Source of the DNA: Octopus sinensis
Lineage: Eukaryota
Assembly (NCBI RefSeq): GCF_006345805.1
Contig: NC_043011.1
Span: forward strand, 19,356,464 to 19,420,463
DNA: 64,000 nucleotides
Direction of reading: 5' to 3'
Within the stretch, counting starts at the first letter, position 1. Each line of letters starts with the position of its first letter. Below are positions 63,680 to 64,000 of the stretch, piece after piece. The position numbers were made by a program, and so were the translations under genes. The notes under the pieces are model-generated. The model was not told the DNA's origin and ran no database searches. It saw nothing but the letters and a program-made list of their open reading frames with translations.

Positions 63680-64000
63680 CAGAATCAGCAAATAATAGAG
63701 TAAGGAGCAGGGAGTGGACCAGCGAAAAAAACCGGATGGTGACGCAGTGCTAATTAGAAAGTGAACCGAAAAGAAGGGACTATAGAAAACGATTGTTCAT
63801 ACATTGGTTAGAGAAGGGTGTGTTAAAAGTGACTGAGCAGAGATTAATAAATTAAGGTAATGCTATTAGGAGGAGTAAGTGGATGATTGATTTGGAGCAG
63901 ATCAGAAGAGAACTAGTAACGAAAGACCAAGCAGTAAGACATAGAAACAACAACAAGAATTACAGCTCAACCAAAGGACCTAAAAAAATAATAATAATAG
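63680..64000 (+). mobile_element. N-terminus of another R4/Dong-type ORF, runs off the window
   Basis: REWTSEKNRMV.QC.LESEPKRRDYRKRL...VTEQRL...AIRRSKW. Confidence 0.55.

Overview
AT-rich, microsatellite-rich eukaryotic DNA almost entirely made of transposable elements. The tRNA-derived SINE families look like those of Octopus-type cephalopods (inferred from recall, not verified). No intact host gene, rRNA, true tRNA or CRISPR array is supportable, and most ORFs in the supplied track are translations of (TA)n/(CA)n/(TAA)n repeats. Recognisable elements: RLE-type R4/Dong LINE fragments (two with both ends in TAA repeats), a CR1 LINE, two RTE 3' ends, several Penelope-like (PLE) fragments, a full-length but dead mariner plus mariner relics, a Helitron Rep fragment, four SINE families and several foldback MITEs. 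The most unusual structure is at 52391-54640: two ~250-bp direct repeats, each starting with a minimal type I hammerhead ribozyme (CTGATGA-stem II-GAAA-palindromic ACATGCATGT-C), flank a frameshifted ORF1/Gag-like gene (RRM-like region plus CCHC-type knuckle) with no RT or endonuclease. Cleavage at both sites would release a 2042-nt RNA. A third, ORF-less copy of the repeat lies at 198-432, and further degenerate hammerhead motifs from unrelated families are scattered through the window. All alignments and identities were judged by eye.
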